DNA from: Eledone cirrhosa
Taxonomy: Eukaryota
DNA length: 64,000 bases
NCBI GenBank assembly: GCA_964016885.1
Contig: OZ024741.1
Coordinates: 340,814,001-340,878,000, forward strand
Direction of reading: 5' to 3'
The notes under the pieces are model-generated. The model was not told the origin of the DNA, did no database searches, and saw only the letters and a list, made by a program, of their open reading frames with translations. This document shows, piece by piece, positions 43,371 through 59,214 of this stretch; positions within the stretch are counted from its first letter, which is position 1, and the number at the start of each line of letters is the position of its first letter. The position numbers and the translations under genes are program-made.

Positions 43371-44469
43371 ATTCATTTTTTTAAAAATCATATTGTGCTC
43401 ATTTCTCACCTTAGACTCCTACAGTCAACTACACCTCATAGATGTGCGTGAAGGTAAATACGATATGATTATGTATAAGAATCATATGTCTCGCTATGAA
43501 TGTTTTAGTCTGTAATCATGTCACACAAGATTTACATATGTTTATTATACATATGTTTATTATACATATGTATATATCTTGTATATGCTTTCATATTTAC
43601 CTTTACTATGAAGCACGCTATATTAATGCTACTACTTAATACACTTAGCTGCTGTTGTTGACATGCAACTGATCTAGAGCAGGTTTTTCAAACTGCGAAG
43701 TCCAACCCATTTGTTGTGACGTTAAGAAAAAGATTACAAAGATTTTACTAGCCCCCACTAACACACACACATTCAACCCCCTCCCCACCACCAGTAATAC
43801 TAACACCCTCTCTACCACACACACACACTCATATCCAAACACGCACACACTCACCAGTATACTACACTCCCTCCTTCGTCCCCAACACCCTTTCTCTCCC
43901 TCTCTCTTTCCCCGCTCCACCAACACCCCTCACACACATCCCACTAACACCTTCACTAATATACACACCATCCCGCCACACCACCACCTTCTCCCTCCAC
44001 CTTTCACACCTTCTCATCCTCTCTCCTATCCACCGTACCTCCGCACACACAGACACACAGTCTACACCACATACAGACCCTCTCTTTACCTGTCATCCTC
44101 CTTTACTGCTATCTCTTCACCCTGCCTTGACTCTCTGACCACTTCCTGTTGCGCGCGCACCCCACATCTCTCCACTTCCGCACTACCACACCAGGATTTC
44201 ACACCACCGGTCATTGTTCCAGCTATCCATTCTACGACACACGAAATCTCCAACATCTTGTCTCACACTCCATGGAAATATCTTAGGAACATCCACACGA
44301 ACAAACACTTACATTATTTTCGAACCACGCCCCCTACATCCACACCACATATAAACACAAACACACACGTGCGTATCCCCACATACATACACTCATTCTC
44401 CGGACTCCACACGCCCTCCCCCGCCCCCATCCCTCTCCATCCACACGCACACACTGACTTACACACATA

Positions 44470-44865
44470 GGACCCACATTAGGTGAAAAACTGCGTTTTT
44501 TTCAGCTTTTTAGGGTTGTTTGAGGCGTTACGTCAGACCGATTTCCTTGAAATTGTAACTATGTATTAGTCAGTCTCTTCTTCATACCGTGAGCAAAGAA
44601 AATCCAACTTTTTATGGCCTCGGGCCCGCATTAGGTGAAAACTTCATTTTTTCAGCTTTTTAGGGGTTCTTTGAGGCGTTATCAGACCGATTTTCCCGAT
44701 ATTTCAAGGCACATTATGCACATAAAAAAATTCATTTTCTTGATCCCCTAGGGCCCACATTAGGTAAAAACCTGCATTTTTTTCTGCTTCATCGAGTAAA
44801 ATCTTAAAGATTATCCAGCCATCAGAGTATTCGGTCAATTTCTACGGGCTATTAGAACTACTAGG
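44470..44865 (+). mobile_element. Possible Helitron-derived fragment with three internal ~130-155-bp repeats
   Basis: ccc(a/g)cattaggt(g/a)aaaac..tttttt occurs three times, and the region ends near actactag. Confidence 0.4.
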
Positions 44866-45045
44866 TAAATCTTCTGTGGCTGTGGATCGCGGATAAAATA
44901 GCTATCATTTATTTATCTATTGTTTCTTTATAGGAACATTTTAAACTTATAGCCTCGTTTAATTGATTTTTTATGTGGTTGATTATGCTGATTGGGAGAA
45001 GAAATACTGTATATATTTTATCAAATGATTCTATGGACTTACTTT

Positions 45046-45109
<64 letters not shown>

Positions 45110-45887
45110 AAAGTATATGTATATATATAAGAAAGTATATATATATATATATATATGCAGTATACAAAAATACACACTTGTGTATGTGCTAGATATATTA
45201 GTAAAATGGAAAGTTTTGTTAACATTCTCCTCCCTCTCACCTTCCCCTCTTTTTCCCTCGCCCTGTCTCATTCTCCTCCCTCTCTCTCCCTCTCTCTAAG
45301 TGGCTACTACTAAGGACTCTGCATAGTCGTCAGATATCTCTCTAACAGCAGGCATTCACTGAACAATAAACGCTGACCTTGTGAACTTTCTTCTCCAGTG
45401 AGAACTTGAGAACACAGTCTCTTTCAATAGCATAAAGACAGAAAGTTCAAACAATAAATGTCTACGCTATATACGTCAACACCACAATGAACACACTCAA
45501 AGTTGTTAATACTGTTAGGTATCACTATCTGTGATAACAAAGGCAACAAAAGAAATAATACGTAATTGTTTTTGTGTCGTGTATGTATGAACCCGTAATT
45601 CCTGCTAGAGTCCTAGGGACCCCATATAAACAAACGGCGTTTCTAGGGCATTTTAACCTGGTGGAACCCATCTCCAGGTCTGAGCACAACATATTTCTTC
45701 CATAGAAGGATAGAGAGTGAAAGAAAAGAAGTGGCAGACATAGAGGAAGAATCGATCCTAGTACTAGGCTGGTCCTTTTTCATCGACCTCGAATAGATAA
45801 AAGGCAAATAGCTACACAAATACGATAAAAAGTAGCTTGGTTTGATTTCCTCCTCTATGTTGCCTCAGACATGTTTCTCTTAAAAAT

Positions 45888-46700
45888 CTAATATTTGTCA
45901 GTGCTGGGGCTCCAGTTCCCTCGGTAACGTCTTTTCATGGGAGATATATCCTGATGAAAATGTTCACCATTCCCATTGCCTGCAGTACCCAGATTTTCAG
46001 AAAAATGTCCAAGTGAGTGTCCACCTTTACTGGTTTCAATATCTTGACAGGAAATTTTGCCATATAGCTTTCTCAATTTAATTCAACTCTCCTTCCAATC
46101 TCGTACCTCTTAACAATTCTCAGATCCAACGACCTACGAAAATACCTTCTTTAATCTTGGTATTATTAATCTGGAAGAAAATTATTTCTCAAATATCTTA
46201 ATCCAATTTACACTTTCTCCATTGCCTTAAACATTAAACAAAGTTTAAGTCGCAACTCAATGTTAAAAGAAGAAAGAATATTTACTCGCCATCAACAAGT
46301 GAACGACTCAAACTAGTTTTCTTGTCTGGAATAAGTGAGTTACATTTGAGCCAATTCTTTTGGGCACAGGGACATTCCTTGATCTAACTGCAATCATAGC
46401 AAAGGTGCAATGACTTTCAGATCTCCAGAGATATTTCACATAATTTTAATACTGCACCTTTTCTAAAATTAACCCCTGTTGTCATATGACTCGTGTTTGC
46501 AACTCGTGCAATAGGTAGAGAATGGGATTTATATGTCATGAATAATTACTTTTAAACTGACTTCTGAAGAATCCATGAACAATCACTATTCATCCACCTT
46601 ATGTTAATGATTAAGATCCCCGTCCCGTAACCGGAGTAACGTCTTTACAAAGCCCGAATAATCGTCACTCATTCACCTAATGTTCATTCACCAAAAGACC
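45888..46700 (-). pseudogene. Chapaev3-like (CMC) transposase relic
   Basis: Minus-strand motifs LFMDSSEVSLK, ISGDLKVIA, KIKEGI and HSLGHFSENLG...GEHFHQDISPMKRRYRGNW, in the expected order. Confidence 0.7.
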
Positions 46701-47690
46701 CCATTACTGAAATAGCGTTTTTACAAAACACAGGCAATCAATCACGACCCATCCACTTTATATCTATGGGCAAAAGCTCCAATGACTAAAGTAAGGCCTT
46801 TACAAAGTACAAGTCTTTGAATTCACAATGACCGCTGCAGAAAACACAAACTTTAGTATCATGTTCCAGTAGATCCTAGCCCATTAATCTTGGACCTAAA
46901 AGTTTTGCCTACCCTCTAAGATAAATTCAAATTACGATTTAGATATTACAAATCTGCGTGTGGCCGTAAATGAGGTTCTTTGGAGGATCATTTAGCCAGA
47001 AATATCATCATGCTTGGGTGGAATTGGTTTTGGAAGTTGAGGGCTGTGGGGAAGTAGTCTCATTATCGGGTGTTCAATTTAGTTGTTTGTTGTTCTTTTC
47101 TCCCTCTCTATATTTCCACCCCTGCCTATATTTTCCCGCTCCCTATATATCCTCTCCTTTCTATATTCCCTTCTCTCTATATTTCCACCCATATTTCCAC
47201 TCTCTCGCTAAATGTACGCCCCTCCCCACACTTACCCGCCCTATATTTCCACCCTCTCTATATTTCTACCATTCACTATATATTTTCCCCTCCCTATATA
47301 TCCACCCAACACTATATTTCTAGCCCTCCCTATATTCTCTCCCCTCCTTGTATTTCTAAGGTGGCGGATTAGCCGAGTCGTTAGGGCGTCAGGGTAAATA
47401 CCTTGATATTTGTTCCGGTTCATTGTGCTCTGATTTCAAATCCTGCCACATATTTTCATTTCATCCTTTCGAAGTCGATAAATAAAGTACCAATTCAGTA
47501 CTACTGTCATTCGTCTTCTATCTTTCTTTATCGATTTCTCTATCTCCCTCGCTCCCTTTCTATCCTTCTCTGGAATAAACCACTTATATTCAAATCACTT
47601 CATCGTGTCTCAGGGCGGAGCTTCTACGACTCCATCAGGTGTTAAGGGTTCTTTCTTTCCCTTATATTTTACTGCACAGTTGACTGATTG

Positions 47691-48325
<635 letters not shown>

Positions 48326-48351
48326 TATATATATATATATATATATTTATG

Positions 48352-48958
<607 letters not shown>

Positions 48959-48999
48959 AAATGAAAATCCGAAGGCAAGGTAAAATTCCAATCATTTAA

Positions 49000-49074
49000 T
49001 CACGACACATGTTTCAATAAGAGATAGATCGATTGTGAAGCCATAATCGATTATCACTGATCTCATCAGGTGAA
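49000..49074 (-). ncRNA. Hammerhead ribozyme in the 3' pLTR
   Basis: Reverse complement: TCAC-CTGATGA-(47-nt stem II containing atcgatt/aatcgat)-GAAAC-ATGT-GTC-GTGA. Confidence 0.75.
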
Positions 49075-49577
49075 AATGAATTGTCTTCAAATTCTTGATA
49101 TGAGGGAGAAAAAATAACGATGTTCTCTCACAGAATTCATTCCCTCATATGGAGACACACCTGCCAGTCAGAGACATGGCGACTGCTATTAGCTTTAGTT
49201 GAGGTCATAAAAGTTTTCAGATTTCTATCGCTGCAAAAGACGCTGGACATCAATCAAATCTGTAGGGATACAGTCAGTCACAGTTAAAAGTGAGTGGGTA
49301 CACACACACTTCACACCTACGGCTCGAGGTTAAAGAAAAATATATACATATATATACACACATCAACACAGTATTAAACCTGTAGAATTAGCGTGAGTGG
49401 GTAAACACACACTTTCACACACACCTAAGCGATGTCCGAGAAAAAACAAATATAAGAATGTACCAACACAGCACTCACCGAAAGTTAGTTCACAAAGCAA
49501 CAGAAGCTATGTCGGTCAAATCTCAATTTGACGATGTAAATTGGAAATATTGGGTTAACCAACGCTACACACACACA

Positions 49578-49639
<62 letters not shown>

Positions 49640-50539
49640 TGCACGCACGCACGCGCGAGTAACTTCAGTTCAGTGTTCTGCTATACGTGTATAGATCGAA
49701 TTGTAACATCCATATCTTCAAGTGTGTGTTATGGTATATACACATCCGAATCGTCCAAAAAATGGGGGGGGCGGCGGGTATGTCCGGGTATATACACATC
49801 CATGTGAAGAGCAAGCAATCAGCTCATATCGAACTCCTTGTGTACAGCTGTCCCGTTGAGAATCCGTGTCACCAAATCCGTGCGTGCAAGCAACTGCAAT
49901 GTGGGCCGGCAAAGGGCTCCGTGTAGGGTTGGGTATTGGGGAAATGCGTCCGCAAGTTCGATTTCCCGTCACATGGGCCAATGAGCTTTTAAGATAGTTG
50001 TTTGAGTGGTGGACGTGTGTTATCCAACACAGAAGGTGAAGTAAGAAAACACAGGATAGTAAAATCTAAAGTATGTGTGTAGGCCCATTAATGGTGTGTC
50101 AGTATTATTGTTCAATCCGTAACAGTGAGTCCTCCATGGTTAGATGATCACGCATCGAAACCTGGTGTAGTGTTCAGTCGGTAGGAACGTGACAGTCGTA
50201 AATGTGGGAGCTCAATGTCTATATGAAACGGGTACTGTGTGTAGAGCTATGTATAGAGAGCGTAATCGGTCCTAACTAAGTGTGTAATCAATCTAACTAT
50301 TTACTAGCTAGGTATTCTAAAAGAGAGCACTCAGCTGTGAGAACTCCGTGGAAACAGGCTGAGTATCGTTTGCAAGTGCGCAAACAATCTTAGCCGTCTA
50401 ACTACCTAAGTGGGTGACTGTCCGTTTATTGAGAGAACTCTATGGCTAAAGTAGAGAGGGAGGAGTTACTGGTAGTTTACCTTCCAAAAATCCTGCGGAA
50501 GGTTTTCGAGGTTCTGTGTTGACAGTTGTTAAAAAATCT

Positions 50540-53218
50540 GATCTTCTATTAATTAATATGAGGCCGCCTCTAATAATATTTCAGCTATACATAAATTGCA
50601 GACGCCAGTGCTGCCGTTATAAGGTTGGGCTGAGCAAACTATGGACCAGGATAAGGAGTGCTCTATATTCTGATGTTTAAGCTTCCAGACTAATTCCGAA
50701 AGTGCCGTGCTATTTTTTTTTATCTAATCTATTAAAGGTATGGCGGTGATTTTACCATCTACCCTTAAATTCCGTGGCAGTTGCCCCAACATACCTAAAG
50801 GTTCTATCAGGAGTGGAGACCTTACAGTCGTAGACTATGTTTTTGGTAAGGCATTTCCCAGCCATGGGGCAGGTGGCGGTGCTTTTGCAGTTACATTTTT
50901 TGCTATCGATCTGGGTAGTTCCGGATGGACCACGGTATCTTTGCGTTCGGGTCTCAGTTCCAGTCTGCTCTATGGGTAAATTCCCTGGGGTTGGGGAGAC
51001 CCGACTCGCCCCACGTGTATGAGTCAGTACCTCAATAGAGCTGCCATTGTTCCTGCCATGCCTAATTCCCTCATTGGCTGTCCTAAGTCTACTATAATTC
51101 ATCTTAGCTATATTCTGAGCTATGTTACTAGTTGTGGAGTAGGACAGCTTGATGGTATTTCTATTGAATATTTTATATCTGTGCGATCTAGGGAAGCATT
51201 TGTCTAAGGCCCTAAAGAAAAGCTTAGCTACACTAGTGGTCAGGCCAGTGGAGTAAGGGAGATTATACCACAGGACTTTTCTGGTCCGATGCCTCTTGTT
51301 CCTACTAACTATATTAGAATTACCTGTCTCCCTAGTAGTTACTGGTCTATTGTAACTGGAAATTACCTGTGGGTCGATGGTGTCCAGGGGTGTCACGATT
51401 GTGTTCGGAATCGTCCCAAGTCTCCAGGGCGGTGTACTTCCCGTGCGGCTATTGGGGTTACCCTCGATAGCTGGGGTTGTATCCACTATGCGTCTGCTAC
51501 ACCTGTCCCTATTCCCCCTACTCGACCCTCGTTCCATACTGCGTTCAACGGTAGTTTCATCGGTTCCACAATTAAGGTTACCATTAGAGTTTCCGCTGGC
51601 GTTACGTTGCTCATACCCAGTGTTAGTACCTGGGTGGCTGTTTCTATTAGTACCAACATCACTGGGACTAGGCGGCAGTACAACATGAAGACTATATGAA
51701 TCTTCCTCCGTATCCCGCCTGCTGTTAACTAGAGTGTCACTATTTAGGCCTAAGCTATCGCGGGAAATGTTACTTTTACTATTTAATGGACGTTTGAATG
51801 AGATTCCCTCGCTATGCCCTGCGCGTTCCAGGGCGCTATTATAGTAATTCGAGATCTTATTAAAGATATCTACATTGGAAGATAGTCCTGAAATTCTACT
51901 AGAGACGGTTAGTGACTATTCTAGGGTGGTTCGATTTTGCGTTGACATAGTTTAGATTCTCGTTGGGTTTGTGGTAAGGTTGGAAGAGTCCTGAATTGAG
52001 GTTAAGTGTAACATCTAGAAAATTAACTATTTTTAAATTCTCTTCAAATACTATACTTAGGTCTATGCTCTTGAAGAATTTGCTAAGTTTTTTCCTCACC
52101 CTCTCTACCATACTATTATTATGGAACGACACAGTAAACAAGACGTCGTCACGGTAAGCGCCGCCTCCCAGGTGGGGCATTTCCGCTTCGAGACAGTCAA
52201 GGAGGTAAAGGCCCACCAGATCCGTCACCTGGGCCGAGTCCGTGGATCCCATGGTGATGTCGAAATTGTCTAGCCAATCCCTCCTAGTCCACAGGTCACC
52301 GTTGAAATCAATTAAGGTTTTCCTAGCTAGGAGAATAATGCTAATTTCCTCGGATGTAAGGTCGGTGTGTAAGCTAGCAAAGTTAAGGGCCCTACCTAGA
52401 AGAGTTGGAGAGATTGAAGAGTAGTAATTAGAGATATCGAACTGTATAAACTTAGTGCTATTCTTATTCTGCGATTTCTCAAACCAGTTAACTAACTCAC
52501 TAGTTCCTGACCACAACTTGAGCTTCGATCTCCTAACTAGAGTGGGGATTATTTTATCAAGGATGTTTTTACTTACGATTCCTATGTCCGACTTCGAAGG
52601 GGCTATCAGCCTGACAGGTCTTAATGATTCAAAATTCAATTTGTGGTCCTTCAGCAAAATCCTCGGGGTTCTAGGATGGAAGGGTTCGGTTTTATCCTCA
52701 ATACCCAGTTTAATCATGACGCTATTGGCCTCCGTGTTAATTAAATCCAGGTTGGCCCGTGTAGTTTTTCTGTAGCTTTTCCTAAGTTCTCTGGTTATCA
52801 AATCATCATAAGTTACTCTATCCATATCGTACAGGTTGTTAGTCTTGTCTGCGTGCACTAAAATGCCGGTCGAGTTCTTCAATTTTACTAGATCACCATT
52901 CAGTCGTCTCAGGTAACTTTTTCTCCTGAGTGGGTTTTTCCTAAACTTAAGGTTGGACACTATGTTAGATATTTCAGTCTCGAATTCCTCCAAGTATTTA
53001 TTGTGTGGTGGATTTCTTCTGGATTTGAATATTTCCTCGATGCCGCGCGTTCCCTCCCTGGGGTAGTTTGTTGGTGTTCCTCCGTCGAAGTGGAAGGCCT
53101 CCCAACGCATTCTACGGACAAATGAATCCGATTTACCTATGGCCAACCTTGTGAATTCTTTTATGTCGGGCAAAGGGATGTCCTTAAGTGAAGAGTTCAC
53201 CGAGAATTTCTCCATCAT
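50540..53218 (-). pseudogene. Disrupted PLE RT-GIY-YIG ORF
   Basis: Open for 439 aa (SLKDIPLP, RRMRW, HADKT, QFDISNYY, FDITMGSTDSAQVTDLVG, YRDD, FLDV, SNHP). Frameshift at ~51910, then WYNLPYS, CNCKSTATCPMAGKC..IVY..YVG and a stop at 50752. Confidence 0.92.
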
Positions 53219-53452
53219 ATTCCTTGCTTAATAGCATTAAGTGCTCAACAAAAATAGGAGCTTTAAGTTGTTATATAGTAAGGTGCATTATTGGTTGTGT
53301 AAAATGGTCCAATAACTTTATGTTAGCAATATTAAGTTCTCCACGCTTTTGTATATCTCCAATTCCATTCGAGGGAACAGCTAGATGATGTAAAACGGAG
53401 TATAAGTATCAAAATGAAAATCCGAAGGCAAGGTAAAATTCCTATCATTTAA

Positions 53453-53527
53453 TCACGACACATGTTTCAATAAGAGATAGATCGATTGTGAAGCCATAAT
53501 CGATTATTACTGATCTCATCAGGTGAA
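53453..53527 (-). ncRNA. Hammerhead ribozyme in the 5' pLTR
   Basis: Same motif as 49000-49074. Confidence 0.75.
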
Positions 53528-54017
53528 AATGAATTGTCTTCAAATTCTTGATATGAGGGAGAAAAAATAACGATGTTCTCTCACAGAATTCATTCCCTCA
53601 TATGGAGACACACCTGCCAGTCAGAGACATGGCGACTGCTATTAGCTTTAGTTGAGGTCATAAAAGTTTTCAGATTTCTATCGCTGCAAAAGACGCTGGA
53701 CATCAATCAAATCTGTAGGGATACAGTCAGTCACAGTTAAAAGTGAGTGGGTACACACACACTTCACACCTACGGCTCGAGGTTAAAGAAAAATATATAC
53801 ATATATATACACACATCAACACAGTATTAAACCTGTAGAATTAGCGTGAGTGGGTAAACACACACTTTCACACACACCTAAGCGATGTCCGAGAAAAAAC
53901 AAATATAAGAATGTACCAACACAGCACTCACCGAAAGTTAGTTCACAAAGCAACAGAAGCTATGTCGGTCAAATCTCAATTTGACGATATAAATTGGAAA
54001 TATTGGGTTAACCAACG

Positions 54018-54139
<122 letters not shown>

Positions 54140-54194
54140 GCACACACGCGCACACACACAAACACCAACACCAATACGTGCGCACGCACGCACG

Positions 54195-54740
54195 TATTGG
54201 TGTTGATGTTGTAGTAGTGGTGTTGGTGTTTTAGTAGTGGTGTTGGTGTTGTAGTAGTGGTGTTGTTGTAGTAGTGGTGTTGGTGTTGTAGTAGTTGTGT
54301 TGGTGTTGTAGTAGTGGTGTTGTACTAGTTGTGTTGGTGTTGTAGTAGTGGTGTTGGTGTTTTAGTAGTGGTGTTGGTGTTGTAGTGGTGGTGTGTAGTG
54401 GTGGTGTTGGTGTTGTAGTAGTGGTGTTAGTGTTGTAGTGGTGGTGTTGGTGTTGTAGTGGTTGTGTTGATGTTGTAGTAGTGGTGTTAGTGTTGTAGTG
54501 GTGGTGTTGGTGTTGTAGTGGTGTGTGTTGATGTTGTAGTGGTGGTGTTGATGTTGTAGTAGCGGTGTTGGTGTTGTAGTAGTGGTGTTGGTGTTGTAGT
54601 GGTGGTGTGTAGTGGTGGTGTTGGTGTTGTAGTAGTGGTGTTAGTGTTGTAGTGGTGGTGTTGGTGTTGTAGTGGTGGTCTTGGTGTTGTAGTAGTGGTG
54701 TTAGTGTTGTAGTGGTGGTGTTGGTGTTGTAGTGATTGTG
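54195..54740. repeat. GT-rich minisatellite (tagtggtgttggtgttg-like units)
   Basis: Direct reading. Confidence 0.85.
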
Positions 54741-55604
54741 GTGGGGGTGGCGTTGGTTGTGGTGTCGGTATGGCGGCGTTGGTGATGGTAATGTTGTGTG
54801 TGTGAAGGAGGTTGGTAACAATAAAAGGAAACAGTTAAGTAGATAATGTGGCCCTCTTCAACACTCCAACTCCTACCATCACCACCACCTCCTCAATTAC
54901 TCCAACTAGAAACTCACACACACATGCACCTACATACACCGACATACAGACACACATACGAGCACACACGCATACTTACACCAACTTGCACACACACAAG
55001 CACACACACTCACACGCACGCACACATGCAGAAGCACCAGAGGCTCACGTGTCCGTCTCAGTCAATTAGGTATACACACACGCATCAGCTTATAAACATA
55101 GCCACTCATACACACTGGCATATAAACACACATATATGCACGCATGTGCGCCAGCTTAGAAACATACCTACACACACACATATACACACACGCACCAATA
55201 TTTAAACACATATACAAACACACCAGTTTATAAACACATACACACACACATTCCAGCTTATAAACATTCACGCATGCACACATACGCATACACAAACATA
55301 CAGACATCTCAATACACACACCTCAATACTGATATACACACACTACATCTCAACACATGCACACATCTCAACACACATGCACACATCTCAACACACATGC
55401 ACACATCTGAATACACACGCACACACACACCTTTTATCACAAACCTCTCAATAAACACACACATACTCATACCGCTCAACAAACACACACATCTCTCAAC
55501 AAACACACATACAGACGCACACACATACGCACACACACATCTCAACATACGTATCAATATACATCCATAGATATTCAGGAGACAGTGAAAATATATCGAA
55601 ACAA

Positions 55605-55840
55605 AGTCCCATCAGTGACAAATTAAGGTGATGAAAAGGGGCTGACAGATCTAGTGACCCCTACAATATTCTAAGGACCCCCAAACATATAAAGTTCCAC
55701 CAGTAACAGATTAAGGTAAAGAAACGGGGCGGACAGATCTTGTGACTCCTACAATATTCTAAGGACCCCCAACATATATAGTCCTATCAGTGACAGATTA
55801 GGGTGAGGAAAAGGGGTTAAGGGATCTAGTGGCCCCTATA
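55605..55840. repeat. ~87-bp tandem repeat, ~2.7 units
   Basis: cagt(g/a)aca(a/g)atta(a/g)ggt..gaaa.gggg..gatct(a/t)gtg.c.ccta recurs three times. Confidence 0.75.
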
Positions 55841-56033
55841 ATATAAGCATAAGCAACATTTTTCCAGTAGTGGGCCGCATAGGATGTGGTTCATCATAAG
55901 ATGAGCCGTACAACTAAAAATCTAGAAAATCAAACGGGCCGCATGTGGTTCGCGGACCGCAGTTTGCCCTTAACTGTTTTAAGGGCTCCATATTTTGGGG
56001 GTACTGTAAACAATGATATCACAATGATGTATG

Positions 56034-56067
<34 letters not shown>

Positions 56068-56431
56068 CACGTTAACACACACACACACACACGTTCACAC
56101 ACACATTCACACACACACACACACACATTCACACACACACACACACACACACGTTCACACACACACACACACACGTTCACACACACATTCACACACACAC
56201 ACGCGCGTTCACACACACACATCCCCCCCACACACATTCACACACACTCATACATTTCACCATACATACACTCAAACACACATTTCAACACACATACACA
56301 CACACACTCATACCTCAAACACACACAAATACACATCTCAACACACACATGAAAAGGGGCTGACAGATCTATTGACATTGGCCCCACAATTTTTTAAGGG
56401 CACTATATCTACTTTTTGTTTTGGTTAATAT

Positions 56432-57050
56432 AAATAATTGTTTCTACTTTAGGCACAAGGCCAGCAATTATCCCAGTGCATTACTGGTACTTTATTTTAT
56501 CGACCCCGTAAGGATGAAAGGCAAAGTTAACCTCGGCGGGATTTGAACTCAGATCATAAAGGGAGGTAACTCTATGCTTCAAAGCATGGCGCCCGACCCC
56601 CTTCTGATACTGCCAATCCACCGCTAATATAAATAATTGTTTCTACTTTTTGGCACAAGGCCAGCAATTTTGGGGGAGGGGTAAGTCGATTAAATCGACC
56701 CCAGTGCGTGACTGATAATGATTTCACAAAGCCAGCAATTGTAGGATGGGGAAAATCGGTTACATGGAACCCAATACATAACTAGTTCTTTATTTTATGG
56801 TCCCGGAAGAATGAAAGACAAAGTTGACATTGACGTGATTTGAACTCAGATCGACGATCTCTGAAAATTGATCAATGTGTATTCTGTTGTTTAGAATAGA
56901 TACACGGCATCCCTGCGTGTCGTAAGATATTACTAAAATAATTGGTGTCAGGAAGGGCATCCAGCTATAAAACTGTGTCTCAAAACATCTCGTCCATCCC
57001 ATGGCAGTGTGAGAAAGTGGGGGTAAAAACGATGATGACGATGATGATGA
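56432..57050. mobile_element. SINE cluster: 56432-56624 (-), partial copies 56632-56850 (-), and an RTE-type SINE 3' end at ~56900-57050 (+)
   Basis: Family consensus reversed. The RTE-type end reads ggaagggcatccagctataaaac...aacgatgatgacgatgatg. Confidence 0.75.
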
Positions 57051-57105
57051 CCAATGTTCTAACGATTCTGCTACAATAAATAATATACAACGGTCCCCGA
57101 TGAAA

Positions 57106-57143
<38 letters not shown>

Positions 57144-57279
57144 CTTTCTATCTATCTATCTATCTATCTAACTTTTTAAATTCCATTTGTGATAACATTT
57201 TACACGTTTTTATTGTATGTAAACTTCCCCCTTTGTATTTGTCCCCTTCTTTTGTGCCCCTGTGGCTAATAAAGAAATA

Positions 57280-57316
<37 letters not shown>

Positions 57317-57480
57317 CTCTTCCATCTCTTTCTTTCTCTCTCTCCTCCATCTCTCTCTCCCGTCTCTCTCTCACATCTCTCTTTCTCATCTCTTTCTCTC
57401 ATCTCTCTTTATCGTTACTCTCTTCCCGATCTTTCTCCCCGCCTCTCTCTCCCCCGTCTCTTTCCTGACTCTTTTCCCCC

Positions 57481-57556
<76 letters not shown>

Positions 57557-57621
57557 CTCTCTCTCTCTGTGTCTTTTCCCCAGTCTATTTTTCTCTCTCT
57601 TTCCCCGTCGCTATCTCCCCC

Positions 57622-57690
<69 letters not shown>

Positions 57691-58513
57691 CCTCTCTCTC
57701 TCTCTCTCGCGCGCACTACATAAAGAGACATTTAAAACATCTTACTTAACAAAATGAGACTTGTTAATGAAATGGCCTTTATTCAACGGGAGATAAATTT
57801 TACTGGAGAAGCCAATATGTACTGGTCAAGGCAGGAAGGGAGATATGGACATATGCTATTTACTCCCCTTCCTCGTTTGACCGGTATAAGCTGGCTACGT
57901 CAATAAAATCTATCATTTGAAATAAATAAGCTTTTTGTAAAAGAATCTTATATAAAATTATTCCAAATCTATGTACCATGTAATGAGTACACTCTTTTAT
58001 TGACTGCAATCAATAATTTCGATTACATTTGTTTCGATGTCGAGTTTTCCAGTTGTTCGATCAATGAGACAGCTTGCTGATGAAATTAACGTGCAAATAA
58101 CTGAGCATTCTATAGGCACGTGCACCCTTAATGTAGTTCTCAGGAAGATTCATCGTAACACCCTGTGTAACAAAGTTGACCCTTTGAATTACAAACAATC
58201 GTCCATTTTGCATTATAGTAAAATGGCTGGATATTCCACAGATACGTGTACCCATTACGTAGTTATCAGGGAACTTCAGAGTGACACAGAATGTGTCAAG
58301 GCTGGCCCTTTGAATTACAGGTACAAGTTTTTTTTGTTTTTTTTTTCCAGCTGAGTGGATTAGAGCAACGTGAAATAAAATGTCTTGCTTAAGGCCACAC
58401 TTGCTTAGGTACCTGTGAGCCGTTCACACTAACCACAAAAATACGCGCCTTTACTAATTACATGTATAATGAGTTGATATCTTTTTATTTAATACGCTTT
58501 CACTTGTTCCAGT

Positions 58514-58573
<60 letters not shown>

Positions 58574-58769
58574 ATTTGTTTTGCAAGGTTTTTGAAAAAC
58601 ACTGTTTTCTGTTATATAAAAACTACAATAACAACAGAACAAATTCGCTTCTTAAAACACTGTTTCCTTCAAAATATACACGGTAAACATATTAAAACAA
58701 GTAATACACAAACATATACATATATATATATAATATATATATATGTGTGTGTGTGTGTATGTGTGTATG

Positions 58770-58805
<36 letters not shown>

Positions 58806-58953
58806 TATATATATATATGTGTGTGTGTGTATGTGTGTATGTATATATATATATATATACACACATATACATATATATATATATATATGTGTGTGTGTGA
58901 AGATCCCGTTAAGGGTGAAAGCACCGATTCTTTGCTTAAACTTTAATCTGTTA

Positions 58954-58998
<45 letters not shown>

Positions 58999-59084
58999 TT
59001 AGTATGATGACCATGCAAACACACAAACAAATCCCCAGTGTAATAGGACACTAATTCACCCTTAATAGGACTATATATATACAT

Positions 59085-59214
59085 AATTGTTTCTACTTTT
59101 AGGCACAAGGCCAGCAATTACCCAGTACATTACTGGTACTTTATTTTATCGACCCCGTAAGGATGAAAGGCAAAGTCAACCTTGGCGGGATTTGAACTCA
59201 GAATGGCAAGGGCC
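59085..59214 (-). mobile_element. tRNA-derived SINE, partial
   Basis: Family consensus reversed. Confidence 0.85.

Noticed and set aside
54195-54740. Telomeric array or His/Thr-rich protein
   Set aside because: No TTAGGG-type unit; it is a simple minisatellite.
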